A stretch of 64,000 nt of DNA from an uncultured Actinomycetota bacterium (GTDB taxonomy: Bacteria; Actinomycetota; Actinomycetes; Propionibacteriales; Nocardioidaceae). A model generated the notes under the pieces. It had not been told where the DNA came from, ran no database searches, and saw only the letters and a program-made list of their open reading frames with translations. Positions within the stretch are counted from its first letter, which is position 1; each line of letters begins with the position of its first letter. The position numbers were made by a program, and so were the translations under genes. Shown here in pieces: positions 8,685-18,990 of this stretch. The stretch spans positions 4,920-68,919 of the forward strand of contig CAWFRT010000005.1 of assembly GCA_963818365.1 (NCBI GenBank), given 5' to 3'.

Positions 8685-10436
8685 TTATGGCGACGGCGAG
8701 GCAGACGGGTCGGCTGAAGGCGATGGATCGACCGGGGCAGAACTCTCCGGGGGATCAGGCTCCGGGACGAACGTCGACACCACAATCGTGACGGGGGCAT
8801 TGAGCGGGGCGGTCTCTTCGGCGGCGGGTGACTGTTGAATGACAGTGCCTGCCGGCTCTGTCGTATTGCTGGACTCCACAACGTTCACCCGGAAGTTAGC
8901 GGCCTCAAGCTTCTTACGCGCTTCGTCCTCACTGAGCCCGATGACCGAAGGCACGACCTCCGGACCATCAGAGAAGTACGCCGTGATGACGGCGCCTTCT
9001 GCCACGGTCACACCAGCGCTGGGATCGGTTGAGATGACGATGCCTTGGGCGAGGTCGGACTCTTGCTCCTCAAACTTCACCTCAAGTTTTTGGGCCTCGA
9101 GGATGGTGCGGGCTTCCCGTCGGCTGATGCCGATCACTGACGGCACCGCCACCTCGGGCCGGCCGGTGGAGATGACCAAATCGACTGGCTCGTTCGGGTC
9201 GACGTAGAGATCGCGGTCGGGACTCTGACTGATCACGAAGTTGACCGGCACTTCGTCGTCGGGCTGGCGATCGAAGTCACCCACGACCAGCCCGGCCTCG
9301 CCAATCGCGGTGCGGGCTTCGTCTTCTGACAATCCGACCAGCGCGGGCACCTGCACTTGCTTGGACTCTTCCTCCATCAAACCGGGCAAGAATCGCCAGG
9401 CCGCCAACACCATGGCCACGATCAGGATGCCGAGGACCCACAGCCAGATCGCGCGACGGCGCTCATGATCAGGTTCCTCATCTATCGCCGGATCGAACAC
9501 GGCAGGAGACGTGGTGGTCGGAGTCGGCTGGGGTGGATAGTAGGTCGGCTCGACCACCTCCACAGGTGGGGCAGCCACTGGTCGGCCAGCCAAATAGCGC
9601 TCGATGTCGGTGCGCATGGCAGCGGCGCTTTGGTAGCGATCCTCGACCCGCTTCGCGAGCGACTTCATCACGATGGCGTCCAACTCGGCGGGCAGGTCCT
9701 CGTCGTGCATCGACGGTGGCGGGGCGATCTCACGCACATGCTGATAAGCCACCGACACCGGGCTGTCGCCCACAAACGGTGGTCGGCCGGCGAGCAATTC
9801 GTAGAGCAGGCAGCCGGTCGAATAGACGTCCGAACGCGAGTCGACGGTCTCCCCACGCGCCTGCTCCGGGGAGAGATATTGAGCCGTGCCGACAACGGCG
9901 GCGGTCTGCGTCATTCCAGCCGAGGCGTCGGAAATGGCTCGCGCGATGCCGAAGTCCATCACCTTCACGTCACCGGTGGGCGTAAGCATGATGTTGCCTG
10001 GCTTGATGTCGCGGTGGATGATCCCGGCTCGGTGGCTGTAGTCAAGGGCCGACAAGACGCCGCTGGTGATCTCCAAGGCCCGCTCGGGAAGGATCTTGCG
10101 ACCTTCGCGGAGGATCTCCCGCAGCGTTTTCCCGGCGACGTACTCCATCACGATGTAGGGCTGAGCCACGCCGTGCGGATCACTCGACGGCTCATCACCG
10201 GTGTCATAGACGGCAACGATGGAGGGGTGGTTGAGCGAGGCGGAGGCCTGCGCCTCGCGGTGGAACCGAGCCAGGAAGGTGGCGTCGCCGACCAGGTCGG
10301 TGCGCAGTCGCTTGACGGCAACGGCCCGCCCTAAGCGTGCGTCGATGCCCTTGCGCACCTCGGCCATGCCACCACGGCCCAGCAATTCGCCAAGCTCATA
10401 GCGGCCGCCGATGACGACCGGATCAGGGCTGCTCAT
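8685..10436 (-). CDS. pknB: Ser/Thr kinase PknB with PASTA repeats
   Basis: LGRGGMAEV, AVKRL, HRDIKPGN, DFG, one TM, three PASTA-like repeats. Confidence 0.97.
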   Translation of the reverse strand: MSSPDPVVIGGRYELGELLGRGGMAEVRKGIDARLGRAVAVKRLRTDLVGDATFLARFHREAQASASLNHPSIVAVYDTGDEPSSDPHGVAQPYIVMEYVAGKTLREILREGRKILPERALEITSGVLSALDYSHRAGIIHRDIKPGNIMLTPTGDVKVMDFGIARAISDASAGMTQTAAVVGTAQYLSPEQARGETVDSRSDVYSTGCLLYELLAGRPPFVGDSPVSVAYQHVREIAPPPSMHDEDLPAELDAIVMKSLAKRVEDRYQSAAAMRTDIERYLAGRPVAAPPVEVVEPTYYPPQPTPTTTSPAVFDPAIDEEPDHERRRAIWLWVLGILIVAMVLAAWRFLPGLMEEESKQVQVPALVGLSEDEARTAIGEAGLVVGDFDRQPDDEVPVNFVISQSPDRDLYVDPNEPVDLVISTGRPEVAVPSVIGISRREARTILEAQKLEVKFEEQESDLAQGIVISTDPSAGVTVAEGAVITAYFSDGPEVVPSVIGLSEDEARKKLEAANFRVNVVESSNTTEPAGTVIQQSPAAEETAPLNAPVTIVVSTFVPEPDPPESSAPVDPSPSADPSASPSP

Positions 10437-10530
10437 GAATCGATCTCTTCTCTTGGCCAATGGGTGGACCAGGGTTTGTCCATCCTAAGGATCGCCGGTG
10501 TCGACAGGCGCCACGGACTCACGGGCAAAT

Positions 10531-11991
10531 TCATGGGCCGATCACCGCCTCCATGACGGACTTGGCAATGGGTGCCCCGAGGCGCCCACCGGCAATCTCC
10601 TCGCGGGGATAGGAACTGGACTCCACCAACACAGCGACGGCCACCACCGGGTCGTCGGCGGGGGCGAACGAAACAAACCAGGCGTACGGCGGTCGGTCGT
10701 CGCTGGATTGTGCGGTGCCGGTCTTGCCCGCTACGGCGACGCCAGGGATCTGTGCCGCGCTGGCGGTGCCGGACTGAACGGTCGCGACCATCATGTCGGT
10801 GAGTTCGCGAGCGGTGGTTGCTGAGACGGCCCGCTGAAGTACGTCGGCCTCGGTCTTGTCGAGGGTGGTGTAGTCGGGTGCCTGCACTTCCTCGACGAGA
10901 TAAGGCCGGTTGAGTTCGCCGCCGTTGGCAATTCCCGACACCACCATCGCCATCTGCAGCGGCGTCGCCACGACATCGGACTGGCCGATCCCGGACATGG
11001 CCGTCTGGGGGGCGTTGAGGTTGGACGGATAACGCGAGATCCCCTGGGCGGGCAGATCCTCGAAGTAGCGGTCGTTAAACCCAAACGCTTCGGCCTGCTT
11101 GCGCATGGCCTCGGTGCCGAGTTCGTCAGCCAACGACAAGAACGTGACGTTGCAGGAGACGGCCAGTGCCTGAGTCAGGGTGATCTGGTCGCCGCCACAG
11201 TTGCCACCGTCATGGTTGGGGATATTGACCGTTGACTGCGGCAGATCAAACTCAGCCCCGCCGGGCACCAGCGAGTCGGCGTCGTACTTTCCTGATTCGA
11301 TTGCCGCAGCCGCCGTCACGAGCTTGAACGTCGACCCGGGAGGCAGTGCCGTTTGGATACCGCGGTTGAGCAGCGGTTTGGTGGGGTCATCGTTGAGTTG
11401 GTTGTAGGAATCAGTGACCTTGCCGATGTCGTGTGAGGCCAACCGGTTGGGGTCGAAGGTCGGACTCGACACCATGGCGAGCACCCGACCGGTGGAGGGT
11501 TCGAGCGCGACAACCGCTCCTTCGACATTTTCTCCCAAGTTCTTCAGGCCCTCGAACGCCGCATCCTGAGCTGCCTGATTGATCGTGAGTTGGACCCGGC
11601 CGCCCTTCGGGGACGAGTTTTGGATCAGGTCGACAAGACGGGTCACGAACAGTCGAGAATCTTGACCGGAGAGCACGTCGTTCTGGGTCTGCTCGATGCC
11701 CGTCTGGCTGAAGTAGGAGAAGTAGCCGGTGACGTGGGCAAACTTGAAGGGTGTGGGGTAGGTCCGTTGGAACTTGAACTGATCCTCGACGGCCACGCTT
11801 TCAGCGATTGGGTCGCGGCCGACCAGGATCGCGCCACGATCGCGCGAGAAGGCCGCGATCGCCACTCGCCGGTTCTTGGCGTCGCTATTGAGGCTCTCGG
11901 CCTGGACATATTGCAGGTAGGTGGCGTTGAGCATGAGCAGCAGGAACAGAACGAGGCAGAAGGTCGCCATCCTGCGGATCGGCTTGTTCAT
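10531..11991 (-). CDS. pbpA: Class B penicillin-binding protein PbpA
   Basis: STFK, SCN and KTG transpeptidase motifs. Confidence 0.95.
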   Translation of the reverse strand: MNKPIRRMATFCLVLFLLLMLNATYLQYVQAESLNSDAKNRRVAIAAFSRDRGAILVGRDPIAESVAVEDQFKFQRTYPTPFKFAHVTGYFSYFSQTGIEQTQNDVLSGQDSRLFVTRLVDLIQNSSPKGGRVQLTINQAAQDAAFEGLKNLGENVEGAVVALEPSTGRVLAMVSSPTFDPNRLASHDIGKVTDSYNQLNDDPTKPLLNRGIQTALPPGSTFKLVTAAAAIESGKYDADSLVPGGAEFDLPQSTVNIPNHDGGNCGGDQITLTQALAVSCNVTFLSLADELGTEAMRKQAEAFGFNDRYFEDLPAQGISRYPSNLNAPQTAMSGIGQSDVVATPLQMAMVVSGIANGGELNRPYLVEEVQAPDYTTLDKTEADVLQRAVSATTARELTDMMVATVQSGTASAAQIPGVAVAGKTGTAQSSDDRPPYAWFVSFAPADDPVVAVAVLVESSSYPREEIAGGRLGAPIAKSVMEAVIGP

Positions 11992-13415
11992 AGCTTCACC
12001 ACCTGAGTGGTCTCGCTGTCAGGGAGCAGCGTCCCGGTGTCGTTGGACAAGTCGGGCACCGGGCGGCGGGCTTGGTCGGAGATGCGCAGGAGGATGGCGA
12101 TGATCACCCAGTTGGCGACGAGGGAGGAGCCCCCTTGTGACAGGAAGGGCGTGGTGAGGCCGGTCAGCGGGATCAATCGGGTGACGCCGCCGATCACCAC
12201 GAAGACTTGAAGGGCGATCGTCACTGACAATCCGGTCGCGACCAATTTTCCGAAAGCATCACGGCACACCAGCGCGGCCCGGAGGCCGCGCTCAACGACC
12301 AGGACGTAACAGAGGATGACGGCCATCACCGCGGTCAGACCCAACTCCTCACCGATGGCGCCGATGATGAAGTCCGAGTGGGCGAAGGGGATGCGCTCCG
12401 GGCTGCCATTGCCGAAACCGCGCCCAATCAGCCCACCCCACGCCATGCCGAACATCGACTCGACAAGTTGATAACTCGCGCCGCTGTCGTAGGACCCCAT
12501 CGGATCAAGCCAGACGGCGACCCGATTCTGCACGTGAGGGAACAAGCGGTAGGCGACATAGGCACCGGCCACGAAGAGGGTGCCGCCCACCAGGAGCCAC
12601 CCCGGGCGTTCGGTGGCGACGTACAACATCACCAGGAAGAGGCCGAAGAACAACAGTGACGAACCGAGGTCCTTCTGAAAGACGAGGATGGCGAGGCTGA
12701 TCAGCCACATCACCACAATCGGGCCGAGATCGCGACCGCGGGGAAGGTCGACGAACAACACTCGCCGACCTGCCAACGCCAGCGCGTCGCGGTGCACGAC
12801 CAGATAGCCGGCGAACGCAATCACCAGCACGACCTTTGCGACCTCACCGGGCTGAAAACTGAAGCCGGCAATCTGAATCCAGATCCGAGCTCCGCGGATC
12901 TCGTTTCCGATGCCGGGGATCATCGGGAGCAGCAACAACGTGATGGTCAAGAGGAACAGGGTGTAGGTGTAGCGCTGCAGTACGCGGTGGTCGCGAACCA
13001 CGATGAGTGTCCCGATGAAGAGGACCACCCCCAAGGTCATCCAGATCAGTTGGCGCTGAGCAAAGTCATGCTCAGCACGGCCGGCCGCCTCAAAGGCCAG
13101 ATCAAGGCGGTGAATAACGGCTAAGCCCAGGCCGTTGAGCGCCGCCACGACAGGCAACAGCACGGGATCGGCGTACGGCGCAGTGAGTCGTACGACGATG
13201 TGTGCGGCGAGGATCAACGCGGCCAGCCAGCCGCCGTAGCCAAGGATGTCTGCCGGGATCTCACCCTCGACCCCGAGTCCGACCGCGGCATAAGCCCCGA
13301 TCCCGACTCCGAGCGCCAAGATGAGGAGGAAGAGCTCGGCTCCCCGCCGTTGGCGGTGGACGAAACCTAGAAAGCCGGGGGTGGCTTGATGCGCGCCTGG
13401 CGCAGAGGAACTCAT
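11988..13415 (-). CDS. rodA: RodA/FtsW SEDS protein
   Basis: QPGEVAK, DLG, HSDFI, GLTTPFLSQGGSS. Confidence 0.95.
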   Translation of the reverse strand: MSSSAPGAHQATPGFLGFVHRQRRGAELFLLILALGVGIGAYAAVGLGVEGEIPADILGYGGWLAALILAAHIVVRLTAPYADPVLLPVVAALNGLGLAVIHRLDLAFEAAGRAEHDFAQRQLIWMTLGVVLFIGTLIVVRDHRVLQRYTYTLFLLTITLLLLPMIPGIGNEIRGARIWIQIAGFSFQPGEVAKVVLVIAFAGYLVVHRDALALAGRRVLFVDLPRGRDLGPIVVMWLISLAILVFQKDLGSSLLFFGLFLVMLYVATERPGWLLVGGTLFVAGAYVAYRLFPHVQNRVAVWLDPMGSYDSGASYQLVESMFGMAWGGLIGRGFGNGSPERIPFAHSDFIIGAIGEELGLTAVMAVILCYVLVVERGLRAALVCRDAFGKLVATGLSVTIALQVFVVIGGVTRLIPLTGLTTPFLSQGGSSLVANWVIIAILLRISDQARRPVPDLSNDTGTLLPDSETTQVVKL

Positions 13416-14822
13416 GGCGATGCGCTCACGGATGGTGAAGGACTGGCACTGGGGCTCGCACTTGGCTCAGTGGCCTCGTTGATCGTGGGGTCGGCCACCT
13501 GTTGCTCGGCCAGACCATCGACGGTGCGTCGAGCTTCCTCAAGGTCACTGGTGGCGATGCCGCTGCGAACTTGCTCGGCGTCAAAGTCGGCGAGCCGGTC
13601 GATCGGGACGTCGGTCGTCTCGAACGCGCGGGAGAGGGTGATGACAGGGAGGTCAGCCTCGACCCCGCGGAAGATGGTGACGAAGCCGCCTTGCTCACCG
13701 ACGTAGTACTGCTGCTGGGTCCACGACCACGCCGCGGCACCGGCAATCCAGGCCATCCCCAAGACCACGGTGGTGACAAGGAGGCGGCGCAAGACACTAA
13801 AGCGGCGAGGAGGGCGGGGGGCGTAGCGAGCGGCTTCGGGGTCGGTCGAGGTAGTCGGGTGCCAAGGGTGGGACGACTGAGTTGACTGTGTCGTGGCCCT
13901 GCGGCGTGGCGCTGCCCGCTGGATTGGTGCTGGTGCGGGGCATCGAACCGCGCTGCGCTGCCACCCACTGGGCGGCATGGCGGAGTTGGCCTTGGTCGCG
14001 AGGATGTTCGGCGGCGGCTCCGACGACCACTGCGGCCTGCGGGCTGATCGTGTCGGCGGCCACGACGTCGGCGACGACACAAGTGATGTTGTCCGTCGAA
14101 CCCTCGGTCAGGCTCGCCTGAACCAGGGCGTGAGCCGCCTCCTCCGGCTCGCCTTCGGCCAGCAGCACGGTGAGCTGCTGGTCATTGAGTACGCCGGAAG
14201 CCCCGTCGCTGCAGATCAGCAGGCGATCGCCGACGGCGAGGTGGAGCCCGAAGAGATCGGGGTCCGCGTCGTGGACCCCGTCGATGGCTTTGAGGATGAG
14301 GTTTCTGTTGGGGTGGCTTCGGGCGCCCTCTTCGGTGAGCCGACCCTCGTCGATCAGGGACTGCACAAAGGTGTGGTCACGAGTGAGCTGACGGATCTCA
14401 CCGGCGCGCAGGAGATATGCCCGGCTGTCGCCGACGTGCCCGAACGTGAGTTGCTCACCGTCAAAGAGCGCCACCACGGCGGTGGTGCTGGTGCCGTTGA
14501 GAGCCGGCTCGATGTCAACGAGTCGGGCGATCCGGTCGTGGGCTCGGTTGAGCGCGGTCCCTACCTCGATCAGGGGGTCGCCGCTTGGGCGGATATCGAG
14601 GAGCCGGAGCTCATCAATCGCGGTCGCGGAGGCGAGGTCGCCTCGCACTGCGCCGCCCACACCGTCACATACCGCGAGCACCCACGGTCCGGCGTAGCCG
14701 GAGTCCTGATTGTCTTTACGCATTTGGCCGATGTCAGAGACGGCTGCGAAGTGGAGCCGGAAAGGCGCCGGCTGAAACTCTGCCGTCATCTCGTTCGGCG
14801 ACTCTGGGGGTGTCGTCGGCAC
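13412..14822 (-). pseudogene. pstP: PP2C phosphatase PstP, frameshifted (or assembly error): catalytic domain 13797-14822, TM/extracellular part in another frame
   Basis: SDIGQMRKDNQD, CDGVGG, CSDG, DNIT in one frame; DPEAARYAPRPP-TM-YYVG in a second frame; GTCGGTCG at 13841-13848. Confidence 0.8.
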
Positions 14823-14825
14823 TGG

Positions 14826-15290
14826 CTATTTCCTCAATTCGAGGACGGTCTTGCCGATCCGCACCTGGGCTCCGAGGGTGAGCGTAGTGGGTTGGGTGAT
14901 CCGGTTTGAGCCGAGATAAGTGCCGTTGGTCGAGCCCAGGTCTTCAACGAACCATTGGTCTCCGGATGCGGCAATTCGAGCGTGTCGGGTGGAGACGTAG
15001 TCATCCTCGAGCCGAATCGCCGCGTCAGAGCCGCGACCGATCAAGATGGGCGCCGCCGACAACGGAGCAGTAGCGCCAGCATTGCTGCCTTGGACGACGA
15101 AGACATGGGTGGGCGCTCCGCGTCGTGGCTTGGGAGTTTTGGCCGCCTTGACCCGCTTCTTGTTGTCTCGCTCAGTCGGCACGCGAGCCCCAAACATGTC
15201 CGAACGGATCACCGAGATCGCCGATAAGACAAAGATCCACAAAATCGCGAGGTAGGCGAACCGGACGAGGAACAGGGTCAACTCAGACAT
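14826..15290 (-). CDS. fhaB: FHA-domain protein FhaB/FipA
   Basis: N-terminal TM, IGRG, VSTRHA, DLGSTNGT. Confidence 0.93.
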   Translation of the reverse strand: MSELTLFLVRFAYLAILWIFVLSAISVIRSDMFGARVPTERDNKKRVKAAKTPKPRRGAPTHVFVVQGSNAGATAPLSAAPILIGRGSDAAIRLEDDYVSTRHARIAASGDQWFVEDLGSTNGTYLGSNRITQPTTLTLGAQVRIGKTVLELRK

Positions 15291-16020
15291 CCGCGACCTC
15301 ATCGATGCGGATCGTCATGGTGGTGTTGCCCACCTTGATCCAGGTGCCGTCAGTCGCCTCGGCGGTGGCGACCTTTTGGCCGTTGACGAGCATCCCGTTG
15401 GTGGAGCCAAGATCGTTGATCGAGATGGCACCTGAGCCGTCGCGGTTGGTTGAGCCTGCCGAAACCACAATTTCGATGTGTTTGCGACTCACCCCCGGGT
15501 CGTTGATCCGGATGTCGGCCTCAGCGCCACGGCCAATGATGACGCCGGGGGGGTTGAGGTGGTGTTGGGTGCCGTTGACTTCCAGCACGCCGCGCAGCAG
15601 ACGGGGGGCGGCTGCCTGCCGGTTTTGGTCGGCGTACGTCGCTCCAGTGACCTTGGCCTGAGCGCGGCTGCGCACGCGGAAGCGGCCCGTCGTCAGATCG
15701 TCGGCTGCCTCGAAAGCAATCTTCACCGGGCCAGGGAACACATAACTCTGCGCGTCGGCATGGTCGCGCAACTGGCGACTCAGTTCGCTGGCCATCGCGG
15801 AGTCATAGTCCGCCAATCGCTCCAGATCGGTCGCGCTCAGCTCGACCGAGAAGTCGTTGGGCACCAGACGACGGTCGCGGCTCAGGATCTGGGCGTTGTT
15901 GTCGACCTCTCGTTGGAGCGCCGCGGCAATCTCGACGGGTTGTACGGCGCTGCGGAAGGCGCGCGCAAACAATCCGGAGATCATCTGCTCCAGTTTGTTC
16001 TCGAACGCGGCGAAACCCAC
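15283..16020 (-). CDS. fhaA: FhaA (DUF3662 + FHA)
   Basis: FENKLEQMISGLFARAFRSAVQPVEI, GRG, SRKH, DLGSTNG; GGAGGG RBS before GTG. Confidence 0.93.
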   Translation of the reverse strand: MGFAAFENKLEQMISGLFARAFRSAVQPVEIAAALQREVDNNAQILSRDRRLVPNDFSVELSATDLERLADYDSAMASELSRQLRDHADAQSYVFPGPVKIAFEAADDLTTGRFRVRSRAQAKVTGATYADQNRQAAAPRLLRGVLEVNGTQHHLNPPGVIIGRGAEADIRINDPGVSRKHIEIVVSAGSTNRDGSGAISINDLGSTNGMLVNGQKVATAEATDGTWIKVGNTTMTIRIDEVADV

Positions 16021-16148
16021 ATGCCCTCCGTTTCTCCCTTGTGTGAACCCGACCCGACTGATCGTATCGGGGAAGCCCACCTGTCCCGGTGGTTGCGGCG
16101 CGCGTTTGGTCGCGACTCTCACGCTGGGATAACCTGGCTCCGCTTCAC

Positions 16149-16231
16149 GCGCGAGTGGCGGAACGGCAGACGCGCTGGCTTCAGGTGCCAGTGTCCGAAA
16201 GGGCGTGGGGGTTCAAATCCCCCCTCGCGCA
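16149..16231 (+). tRNA. tRNA-Leu(CAG)
   Basis: GCGCGAG/CTCGCGC acceptor stem, CTGGC-TTCAGGT-GCCAG anticodon arm, long variable arm, GGTTCAAATCC T-loop; CCA not encoded. Confidence 0.97.
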
Positions 16232-16236
16232 CACCT

Positions 16237-16278
16237 CACAACTCCCGGCCAGGGTTCCTGGCCGGGAGTTGTGCTTTC
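16237..16278 (+). terminator. Hairpin terminator after the tRNA
   Basis: 17-bp stem CACAACTCCCGGCCAGG/CCTGGCCGGGAGTTGTG, 3-nt loop, followed by CTTTC. Confidence 0.8.
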
Positions 16279-16398
16279 ACTGAAGCAGACCGTTTTGTCA
16301 CTCGGAGAACCGTAAATAGTTGACGATTTTCCTACTCGACAAAAGGCTCAGCGTGTAAAGTTAAGAAAACATCAAATTTTCACTCACATCGGAGTATC

Positions 16399-17067
16399 TT
16401 GACCAGCGTGCCGACAGTTCCAGCGCCCCGCCGCGGGCGCCCTCCCAAACACAGCCGTCCGGTTCTGCTCAATGCTGCCTCTCGAGTCTTGATCGACCGG
16501 GGGTATGGCGGATTGCGGTATCGCGATGTGGCTGAATCCGCTGGCGTGCCTGTGGCCAGCCTGCAACATTACTTTCCTAACCTTGCGGATTTGAGACGCG
16601 AGGCACTGCTCAATCAGGTGCACACCGAGGTGCGCAACTTGTCGGCGGATCTCGACGAGATCCCCGATGCCTGGGCGCGAGTGACCCACATCATTGCGTC
16701 GACGGTCGAGTTGGATGCTGCCAAGCGTAAGTCGGAGTGGACGCTCTGGCTCGAGTATTGGCGCGCTGCCGCGCACGATCCGGCCCTTGCTGAAGACAAT
16801 CTGCGTGAGCACGCCACGATCCAACGTCTTCTCGTCGCCGCGATCGATGACGGCGTTACCGCTGGGTTGTTCGAGCCTTTGGCGGAGACATCGAAGATTG
16901 CCAGCACCCTGTTGGCGATGGTCGACGGGTTTGGTCTTCGATTGGCGATCAACGACACCCAGGGCGTTGCAGAAGCCTCAGTCGAGGAGATAGAGGCTTA
17001 CGCCCGGATGATGCTCAGGGCTAACGCTGACTTGCCGTCGTTCCAGACGGACCACGCGAAGGTCTAA
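16399..17067 (+). CDS. TetR-family regulator (BetI-type C-terminal domain)
   Basis: RGRPP, GLRYRDVAESAGV, LQHYFPN, WLEYW. Confidence 0.92.
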   Translation: MTSVPTVPAPRRGRPPKHSRPVLLNAASRVLIDRGYGGLRYRDVAESAGVPVASLQHYFPNLADLRREALLNQVHTEVRNLSADLDEIPDAWARVTHIIASTVELDAAKRKSEWTLWLEYWRAAAHDPALAEDNLREHATIQRLLVAAIDDGVTAGLFEPLAETSKIASTLLAMVDGFGLRLAINDTQGVAEASVEEIEAYARMMLRANADLPSFQTDHAKV

Positions 17068-17074
17068 ACCTGGT

Positions 17075-17180
17075 GGTTTCGAGACGGTTGCTGCGCAACC
17101 TCCTCAACCAACAAAACGGCGGTTGCTGCGCAACCTCCTCAACCAACAGACGACGGTTGCTGCGCAACCTCCTCAACCAA
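17075..17180 (+). repeat. REP-like element with three tandem hairpin units
   Basis: GGTTGCTGCGCAACCTCCTCAACCAA three times between convergent genes. Confidence 0.88.
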
Positions 17181-17190
17181 CCGGTCTGAG

Positions 17191-17970
17191 TTAGTTTCCC
17201 GCCGTAGTGGCGTAAAGTGCGGCGCCAACGACTCCCGCTGTGTTGCGGAGTTTCGCGGGGATGATCGGGGTGTCGATCTTCACCAAGGGCAAGAACTCGT
17301 CGGCGTTCTTGCTGACTCCGCCGCCCACCACGATGAGCTCAGGGGAGAACAACTTCTCCAACGTGGAGTAGTACCTCGTCAGGCGCACTGCCCAGTCGGC
17401 GTAGGACAACCCTTCGGCGGTGCGCACGCTGCTGGCTGCCCGACTCTCGGCGTTGTAGCCGTCTATCTCGAGGTGGCCGAGCTCGGAATTGGGCACTAGG
17501 ACGCCGTTGTAAATGAGTGCGGAGCCGATGCCGGTGCCCAAGGTCGTCATGATGACCAAGCCCTGCTGGCCCTTCGCGGCGCCGTACCGCACCTCGGCCA
17601 AGCCGGCCGCGTCGGCATCATTGACGACGTGGACGTCGCGCTGAAGCTGCTCGGTGAAGATGGCGTCGGCGTCAGCGCCGATGAAGGACCGGTCGATGTT
17701 GGCGGCCGATCCCACGATGCCATGGCGTACGACGCCAGGGACGGTCACTCCCACTGGCGCGGTCGAACGGGGGAAGTGGCTGAGCAATTCGGCGAAGACC
17801 GCTGCGACGGCCTGCGGCGTGGCCGGCTTGGGTGTGGGGATCCGCACGCGGTCACTCGCGAAGTCGCCGGTGGCCAGGTCAACGGGCGCGCCCTTGATGC
17901 CCGTGCCGCCGAAATCGATACCGAAGGGATGCCCTGTTGTTGTTGCCGTGGGCTCTGCAATCGCAGTCAT
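17191..17970 (-). CDS. ppgK: Polyphosphate glucokinase (ROK family)
   Basis: [37 protein letters not shown]. Confidence 0.93.
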   Translation of the reverse strand: MTAIAEPTATTTGHPFGIDFGGTGIKGAPVDLATGDFASDRVRIPTPKPATPQAVAAVFAELLSHFPRSTAPVGVTVPGVVRHGIVGSAANIDRSFIGADADAIFTEQLQRDVHVVNDADAAGLAEVRYGAAKGQQGLVIMTTLGTGIGSALIYNGVLVPNSELGHLEIDGYNAESRAASSVRTAEGLSYADWAVRLTRYYSTLEKLFSPELIVVGGGVSKNADEFLPLVKIDTPIIPAKLRNTAGVVGAALYATTAGN

Positions 17971-18375
17971 GGGCACCATCGAACAAGGCATCTGCCCGCG
18001 TGGCAACTTGACCGCGCCGATCAGTGCCGCGACAGATGGTTGTCAGGCGACTAGACAAACCCGTCGGCCTTGTCAAAGTCGCTAAGGAGACGTACGATTT
18101 TAGCGTTCGGTTGATTCAACCGAAGTCCCCAGACTAGGTGGGGGATCCGCTCCAAATGTGCTCTACGCCTCCCCCAGGCGGAATGCCTGTCTCGGTTGGA
18201 ACAGCTGGCCTGCCCCCCATGTTGCCTCAGTTCCGCGTCCTAGTCAGGTGAGTTTCGGGCTCGGATCCCCCACCCTTCTGCCGTCCGTTCGGCGCTCCTG
18301 TGGACAACGCGTGACACGCGCCGCGGTCTTGGTTGGATTTTCGTATGATGGTCACGATTTCGGTGGTGGGCCGAA

Positions 18376-18990
18376 ATGCTTCTGGGGGAGGCAAAGGATT
18401 TGGGGCATCAACTTCGCGGCGTCATTGTGGCCGCCGCAATGCAACTCAATACGGAGATCGGCTGGTCTGCCTTGACGATGGGCCGGCTTGCCGAACGTGT
18501 GGGGGTGAGTCGGCAAACCGTCTACAACGAAGTGGGCAGCAAGGTGCTGCTCGCCGAGCTGGTCAGGCAACGAGCGGCGCGCCAGCTCGGCTCGGTCATC
18601 GACGAGGCCTTCGCGCGCCATCCGGCTGACGTGGTGTCCGGCCTGAGATCAGCGGCCCAGGATTTCTTGCAAGCAGTCCAGGTCGATCCGACGCTGCAAG
18701 CAATCCTCGCCTCAAGCCAAGGCGTTCCGTCAGCGCAGCTGCCCTCCCCTGGGGTTGAGGCAGCGTTCTTGTTGAGCCAGACTGGCGAGTCCTTTCGTGC
18801 CAACTTGGAAGGATTCGAGGTGAGCTTGACGCCAACGGAGCGAGAGATCTTCATCGAAACAGCGATCCGACTTGTCTTGAGCAACGCCCTCCATCCCTCG
18901 GCGCCTGCGGACCAAGCCGCTGGTGGGATTGCTTGGGTGGTTTCCCGGATCGTCGGACTGCCTGACGCCGCCGTCTCCGCGCCGGGCTAG
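18376..18990 (+). CDS. TetR-family regulator
   Basis: LTMGRLAERVGVSRQTVYNEVGSK helix-turn-helix. Confidence 0.88.
   Translation: MLLGEAKDLGHQLRGVIVAAAMQLNTEIGWSALTMGRLAERVGVSRQTVYNEVGSKVLLAELVRQRAARQLGSVIDEAFARHPADVVSGLRSAAQDFLQAVQVDPTLQAILASSQGVPSAQLPSPGVEAAFLLSQTGESFRANLEGFEVSLTPTEREIFIETAIRLVLSNALHPSAPADQAAGGIAWVVSRIVGLPDAAVSAPG

Noticed and set aside
16149-16400. tRNA-Leu as the attachment site of an integrated island
   Set aside because: No integrase and no duplicated tRNA 3' end found in the window; downstream genes such as ppgK look chromosomal. A boundary outside the window cannot be excluded
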